From assembly GCA_964016885.1 (NCBI GenBank), contig OZ024750.1:13206001-13270000 (forward strand): a stretch of DNA of 64,000 nucleotides, written 5' to 3'. The stretch is from Eledone cirrhosa (taxonomy: Eukaryota). Below are positions 1 to 64,000 of this stretch, one piece after another (position 1 is the stretch's first letter; each line of letters starts with the position of its first letter). The translations under genes were made by a program, and so were the position numbers. The notes beneath the pieces were generated by a model. It was not told the DNA's origin and did no database searches. It saw nothing but the letters and a program-made list of their open reading frames with translations.

Positions 1-1051
1 CATCAGTGGATATTTTAGATTAGTTATCAAAGATTTTTGGTTAAAACCCAGCAGTTTTTGATGTTATTGTATTATATAGATCATCACACAAGAAATATTA
101 GACACGGGATGAAATTGTTAACTCTCTCAAATAGTTAGCCTTATTCAAAAGTTCAAACCTTCCAATGTTTTCTTCCATTATTGCTTTATAAACTTCACTA
201 GTAGCAGCATTCCATGGAGTTTTTCCAATGGCATTAGTAACATTTTCATTGTCTGATACTGGTTTGGGACTTCTTTTCCTACACAAGGGAGATATTGAAG
301 TAATTCTCATTTTTTTTTCTTTTTCTTTTACTCTTTTTCACACTATCATTTCTATGTTTCAGGAAATCTTTTTGTCAAACTTTATTGAAAATACCGCATG
401 AAACAACATTAACAAGACATCCTCAAAACCTATAAAACTATTACAGAATAATTGTTTCTACTTTTGGCAGAAGGCCAGCAATTATCCCAGTGCATTACTG
501 GTACTTTACTTTATTGACCCTATAGGGATGAAAGACAAGAATAATAACAGTACACTTGCTTTCAATGAAAACAAGGAAGTTACTAAATGACAAGAATGCA
601 TGAGAAAGTGAGATTGTCCCACCCCATGCAAGCATAAAAAAACAACATAAAAATGATGATAATGATGAATAAGTAGTAGAATTATTATTATCATTCTAAT
701 ATGTTTGATGTGCAGCTGATTGTCACACTTGGTGGTGAATTGATGGTCATTTTCGTTTTTGTTTCCTGCCCCACCCCTTTTTTTCTTTCTCTTGCTCTAG
801 TCATGTGTTTTGATCCATAAATTATATTTCAATTTCCAAATGCTATGTGTATTTTTTTCATATTTTGTAAATATTGTGAACAATTTGTAATGCCATTTAT
901 ACAACCGGCAATAAAATTAGCTGTCTTTTAAAATAATATTAAAGTAACTCATATTAAAATATAATATTCTGGTTCCAAACAGATTTGTTCTAAATATACT
1001 CTAATTTGTGTATCACTTTTCATTTTAGTAACAAGTATTAAATGAATTTAC

Positions 1052-57595
<56,544 letters not shown>

Positions 57596-59948
57596 CTACA
57601 AAATTTAGAAATAAAAAATTTTGATTACACATTTTTTTAAACAATTTGCATTATTTTTTATCTTTTTTTTATTTTTCTTTAAAAAAAACATTGAGATCTT
57701 CAAAATATCTATTTGGATTATACGATTAAAATTTTCAGTGCTCATATAAAATCTTACTGGAATTTAAAATTTTCTTTTGAAACCATCTAAATTTCAAATA
57801 TTAAATGGGTTATTATTATTAATTTTAACCCTCTAATGAAAAAAAGCACCAGTTAATGAAGAATTTTTGAGACAAAATTATTTATTATTTCATAAAACTT
57901 TTCTAATGAAAGACACTGCCTATGATTTTCAAATCATTTTGAAATTAATCAAATTTGAAAGGATTTAGTAACATAACTAACTTTCACATTAAGCTGGTAA
58001 CAAAACATAACCAAGGATCTTACATAAAATCATGATGGAGGGTTTTTAAATATATATAAATACTTTCCATTGTTGAACTTAAGATAGTTTCAGGTAGTTA
58101 GGTATTAAAATGATTAACTTAACCCTTTTGATACCAAACTGCCTGTATGATACAAAACTGCTCATTTTAAAATGTCTACTTTCATCCTAATTTCCTTTTA
58201 GAAATGTTCTAAATATCAGCTTACTAACAACAAAGTTATTTTAATAAATACTTCGAAATGTTTGGTTATTTTCAAAATTATTAGGCAGTTTATTTCATTA
58301 GAAATATGGTAATGAAATGGTTAAAAAAAAAGCTTTTTTATCGAATTATATTTATATATAAGATTTTAATTTAGATAGGAACATTGGGTGGGTTTATTTC
58401 ATAAAACCAGAGGAAGTTTTGGGCAGGTTAGTATCAACTGACATTAACTAGTAGGTAGACAATGAAACACAAGTTTATTATTTCAAATCATTGTGTGTAT
58501 TCATTACAAATGGAGTAGAAAAAGCATTATTTTTATCAAAATAATAGAACTTGGAAAAAATTCCAAAATTGAGTTTGCTCACTATTACAATAAAATTGTC
58601 ATTTCATAAAATAACCTGCATACAATCTATTCATTGAATGTTATTTTATTCAAATGTTATGTATATACAATCTATTCATTTTAAAAATGCGAAGAATTTT
58701 TTTTCAGACATATTGACAAATAACTAGCAGGGAAACTAAAAAATATATATTTTGAATATAAAAATATATTTGCGCAGAATTTATCTTTTTCCAAAAAAAA
58801 CAATACCCACTAGAAGATGTTCTTTGAGGACTCTGACCCCACAACCCTCCCAGGAATAAGTGTGTGAAAAAGGAAAATAAGAATAAGAAAAAGAAAGAAA
58901 AAATATTTATTTTTATCTTTAGCTGTAAAATATATAAAGAGAATTCAAAACCTTTACAAAACCTTTTCTTAAAATGGATGATAGTCTTAAGATTTCAAAT
59001 TCATATCTTATTTGCCACTTAACACAGAAACATAAATTAAATATTCATATAAGAATTTATCTAAGTCAGAATGAAGTGGTGTTACATGCAATATACTGCA
59101 TAATTGAGGCTTCTAATTTAGGCACAAGGCCAGCAATTTGTGGGGAGGGGAAGTCGATTAAATCGACCCCGATATTTGACTAGAACTTTTTTTTACTGAC
59201 TCTGGAAGGTTGAAAGACAAAACTGACCAAAGCAGGATATGAACTCAGAATATAAAGAATCAGAACAAATCCTGCAAAGCAGATTGTCAAAAAATCTAAC
59301 AATACTGCCAATCTACCACCCTAATATACTAACCCAAACCTTAATATACTAACCCTAACCATAACCTAATATACAGCATAATAGTGAAACTAATGAGTTG
59401 TATACACAAAATATAGAGAATAAACTACACATAAAATAAAGGTTTCTGATTTAGGCACAAGGCCAACAATATTTTGGTAGGAGGGTGATTAAATTGACTC
59501 TAGTGTGTAGCTGGTACTTTATTTTATCGAACCTATAAGGATGAAAAGCAAAGCTAACCTCAACAGGATATGAACTCAGTATGTAAAGGTCTCTAACAAT
59601 AGACCACAAGACATGTTGTCTGATGCTCTACTGATACTGCAATATTAATAATGGTTATTTCAGAGCTTTAGCCTGGCTACCATCCACAGCAATGCATATA
59701 GAATAATAAATTGAATAATAATTCATTTTTTTCTAAATGATAATTTCCATTTGGAACAGCAAAATATATATGCTACAAATGTTTTTATTAAAATTGAAAA
59801 ACACCCAAATATGGGCACATCACATATATCTCCTAAAAACAATTTATCACATCAAACAAACTTCATTTCCCTTAACTCCAATTTTTATCTTGCTACAAGT
59901 TCAGATATTTTAATCTGATCAACAAGCTTCTTTAGATATATATACATG

Positions 59949-60019
<71 letters not shown>

Positions 60020-61704
60020 TTTCTTAAGTGAAATCAACTTTTATATATTGACTATATTTATTTATTTATGCAAGAGCTACAGCTGAAAGACTTTATATAG
60101 ACATGAGCAACAACCCAAGTAGTCAAGTTGTTTGTATTATGAGTAGAGCTGTGCCTACAACCAAGATATTAATCTATTGCTAGGCCACCTCACAAGCAAA
60201 TACTATTAGCAGGTAAATATCACTGCTGCAAACAACAACAACATTATATAAAAAGGGGTCTTGTCGACTTAATTCTAAATTCAAAGTTTTTTATGGGTCT
60301 GAAGAAGCCAGTTTAACCCTTATTTCAAGCCTACTCCAGTCAATTGGATCTAGAGGTTGGTTCTAACTGGAACTGTTTAAGATGTGTGGTGAACAACAGA
60401 TCATCTCGACACTCTTTACATACAAACATCCAACAGAGTTCATCAGCAGCATCATTACGTCCACTTTCCCTGCTAGCAAGGGTTGGACAGGTCTACATAG
60501 ATCAAGTCAGTACTGAAGTGGAGCTACTGATCTCCCAGACAGACCAAGGAGGGACCTGCATTACACTTATGTAAGGTCTTATGTTTTGTTGAGTGCACAG
60601 GGGAGGTTGTTATGTCTTTGACACAACTGAAGGATCCTCCCAACCCTTTGTTTAGAAGGCTTTCTTTTCCTGGATGCCCTTCCTATCACCAGCCACTTTA
60701 CAATGTGTACTGGGTGCATATTAATACTTTTATTACTGTATTTCTAATAAAACACACTACCAGTGGGTTTTAGACACTTTTAAAAATAATTAAAAATTTG
60801 GAAGGATTTAGTAATATAACTTTCTCATTATTAAGTTGGTGTGTGGAACATAACTTAAAAGCAGAAGGTTTTTAAATAAACAAATACTGTATGATAGAAC
60901 TAGATGCAGTTTCCAGCAGTTTGGTATCAAAAGGGTTAAAGCAAATACTGTTTCTCAAGCTATTATAGCTCTTACATACAAAACCCCAATATAAATTCTT
61001 ATCATAAATTCAAGTATTGCATTACGTACAAAATAATGAATTTCAACTAAAGTGATTAATTTTACTTAAAATTTAATTACATAGTAATCCTTTTTTTACA
61101 TTTTAAATTTAATTATTCAACTAATTAAGAGAGAATTTTTTGAATCACTATAAAACTTATGAAATTTATATCAAAAGTATTTTATATGATTGTGGGTGTA
61201 ATACCAGAACTCAACACCTGGCATCTTGCTCTACTTCTCCCTAATCAAAGTATATTATTCAGTATCTTATTTCAATTTATTATTATTATTGCTTAGTCAA
61301 GAGACTCTAAGACTGGAGGGAGTGATGGAGGAAGGTACTCTCAAACCAGAGACATGGTTCAATTGCTTGCAACAGATTAAACTCTGCTGAAATGCTCGAA
61401 ACACCAACTGGTGGTGTTAGAGAAGGTGACAAATAGATTAAGTCTACCACCCAAGCAGACCCTAATAGGATTTGAAATCATACCACAAAGAGATGAAATA
61501 AATGCTGTAAAGTAACTTATCAGGATTCTGGTAATCCCCTACCCTATACCTCTACTATATTTATTGATCCCAGAAGGGTGAAAAAGTTGACTTGAGCAGG
61601 ATTTATATTCAGAATGCAAAGAGCCAGATTAAATACCACAAGGAATTTCATCCTATGCTCTAATGACTCAGCAATTCATTAGTAACTGATAAACATTAAA
61701 AATA

Positions 61705-61885
61705 ATTGTTTCTACTTTAGGCACAAGGCCAGCAATTACCCAGTACATTACTGGTACTTTATTTTATCGACCCCGTAAAGATGAAAGGCAAAGTTGACCT
61801 CGGTGGATTTGAACTCAAACCGTAAAGGGACGTAACTATGCTAGAAAGCATGGCATCCAACCCTCTACCGATACTGCCAATTTAC
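61705..61885 (-). mobile_element. SINE family A
   Basis: Same head and core as the 33473 copy. Confidence 0.8.
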
Positions 61886-62169
61886 CATTAAAAATAATAG
61901 TCTTAAAAACCATTTACAACTAACTTGGCTATTGATAATTACATAAATATGAAAAAGAAAGATAGAAACAAAATTAGGTAATAAAAAAGGGGGAAAGAGG
62001 TAAAAAAGGGCAGATCTGGCTGTATGGGAAAGTAGAGGAAAGGACTACAAATACCATAAATAAGAGGAAAAGGAGGGAGAATGCATGGACTCTTGGGTCA
62101 CAGATGAAAGGGAGAGAGGAGTTGAGAGTGATGGGCTCTGGACCTAGTGTGGGGCAGTGTTTGGGCTGG

Positions 62170-62573
62170 CAAATATCTAAAAATTGAAGATTATGTTTCC
62201 CAAAAAAAATTGAAAAAAATATTTAATTTTCAACCCTATTATATATTGGTATTAAGCAATTATTCAAGAACAAAAATGTCAATGTAGTTGAAATGTATAC
62301 TTATAAGAAGTTTAAATAAATTTATTAACTATTAATGTCCTGTACCCCATGAAACTACATTAGGAATATTTGGTCTGACAAATATCTAAAAATTGAAGAT
62401 TAGGTTTCCCAAAGAAAATTGAAAAAAATATTTAATTTTCAAACTTATATCTTGGTATTAAGCAATTATTAAACAACAAAAATGTCAATGTAGTTGAAAT
62501 GTATACTTATAAAAAGTTTAAATAAATTTATAAATTTTTAATGTCCTGTACCACATGAAACCACATTAGGAAT
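62170..62573. repeat. Tandem duplication, unit about 209 bp
   Basis: CAAATATCTAAAAATTGAAGATTA at 62170 and 62379, collinear to CATTAGGAATA. Confidence 0.88.
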
Positions 62574-62769
62574 ACCTTCTCGATAAATACCAAACAGTTC
62601 TATAATGGCATCACATTAAAACTTAGTCTTTTCTACCAATATTTACAGTGATATATCCATTAGAAATGCCACTGTAAACATTTCAATTAAAAAAACCATT
62701 TTAAGATATTTTCTGCTAAATCATTACAGGATGTTTATAATTAAGCATCTTATTTTTTATTTTACTTTT

Positions 62770-63155
62770 CCTGTGTGTGAGGGAGGGAGGGAGGGATGGT
62801 GTGAGGGATGGAGAGAAGGATGGTGTGAGAGCGAGAGGGTGTGGGGGATGGTGTGAGAGCGAGAGGGTGTGGGGGATGGTGTGAGAGCGAGAGGGTGTGG
62901 GGGATGGTGTGAGAGGGAGAGAGTATGTGTGGGTAAGAGTGAGAGAGAGGGAGATAGTATGTGTGTAGGAGAGAGTGATAGAGGATATGTGTGAGTGGGA
63001 GAATGTGAGTGTGTGAATATGTGTGTGAGTGGGAGAATGTGAGTGTGTGAATCTGTGCGTGAGTGCATGTGTGGGGAGAGGGGAGAGAGTATGTGTGCAG
63101 GTATGCACACATACTCTCAAAGAAAGAAAGAGAAAGAGAGAGAGAAAGAGAGAGA
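62770..63155. repeat. GA/GT-rich low-complexity and short tandem repeats
   Basis: GGATGGTGTGAGAGCGAGAGGGTGTGGG repeated. Confidence 0.85.
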
Positions 63156-63329
63156 GTTCTTCAGTACTAGTTCAGATAACAGCAGTGGGTTGGTCTAGTT
63201 GGTTACATCAGTACCTGCTTACAGTGTAGGTGTCCTATCTACTCATTCCAGCACTGCTGGGAATTTGAGCTACCTTAACATACAGATCTTATGAGAATTA
63301 ATTCCATTTGCTCATATATATATATATAT

Positions 63330-63516
63330 GGAGGATTGGCAGTATTGGTAGAGGGTCGGACGCTATGCTTTGACGTATAGAGTTACGGCCCTTGCCATTC
63401 TGAGTTCAAATCCCGCCGAGGTTAACTTTGCCTTTCATCCTTACGGGGGTCGATAAAATAAAGTACCAGTAATACACTGGGGTAATTGCTGGCCTTGTGC
63501 CAAACGTAGAAACAAT
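63330..63516 (+). mobile_element. SINE family A, plus-strand copy
   Basis: Reverse complement of the 53607 copy; A and B boxes present. Confidence 0.8.
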
Positions 63517-63549
63517 TATATTATATACATATATATTTACTATATTATA

Positions 63550-63583
<34 letters not shown>

Positions 63584-64000
63584 CTATACCCACTCTGCAT
63601 CTCCCCATGTATTGAGTACTCCCATGATTAGTGGTCTTCTCAGTATCAGCACCACAGACTCCCCCCCCCCCCCACCTCTCCCTCTCTATATATATATAAA
63701 GGATGAAAGCAGCGATTCTTTGCTTAAACTTTGTTATTTTAATAAATATTTGCTCTACGGTTCTTATATATTTGATATATATTTATCCTTATTGAGCCCT
63801 CTTTGGATTTTAGTCTTCACATTTATTATTATTACTATATATATATATTATATATATATATTATTACTATATATATATATATTATATATATATATTATTA
63901 CTATATATATATAGATATAGATAAATATATATATTTCGGAATACAAAAAACAACAACGCAGAAGTACAAGTTACAAATAGTATGTGATGGTGAGAGGTGT

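Noticed and set aside
98-310. 70-aa minus-strand ORF as a possible further exon
   Set aside because: No convincing acceptor, an in-frame stop just upstream and no family motif; it could only work with an indel in the A-run at about 310-318, which cannot be tested here
60298-60380. CTGAAGA hammerhead-like start (also GATGAAAGCA...TGCTTAAAC near 63702)
   Set aside because: No properly placed GAAA or stems I and III; too degenerate to call
57596-64000. First coding exon or promoter of the gene
   Set aside because: No exon resembling the expected CCDC141-like N-terminus found; it probably lies beyond the window

Overview
Eukaryotic, AT-rich, microsatellite- and SINE-rich genomic DNA. The repeat families look like those of octopod cephalopods (inference). 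Almost the whole window lies inside one giant minus-strand muscle gene of the titin/connectin (Sallimus/Zormin/kettin-like) family. I traced 51 GT-AG exons with consistent phases (57595 down to 1052, about 9.4 kb CDS, about 3150 aa); the start and stop lie outside the window. Domain order: (1) about 1075 aa of spectrin-like helical repeats resembling vertebrate CCDC141 (including AMAETLGEAW); (2) six I-set Ig domains; (3) seven Ig domains that appear collinear with the vertebrate titin N-terminus (Z1Z2 pair, SPxR motifs, palladin-like Ig triplet); (4) symmetric phase-2 cassette exons, including Pro/Lys-rich PEVK-like exons and three paralogous micro-exons with an unrecognised motif YE[IL]QxxGxVQQIxYA[ST]E. 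Introns hold two tRNA-headed SINE families, RTE and CRE-like LINE remnants, mariner, piggyBac-, pogo- and hAT-like MITEs, a 28S rRNA fragment, a U6 fragment, two complete-looking type I hammerhead ribozymes, and several long inverted repeats. Comparisons to vertebrate proteins and RNA consensus sequences are from memory and need alignment.
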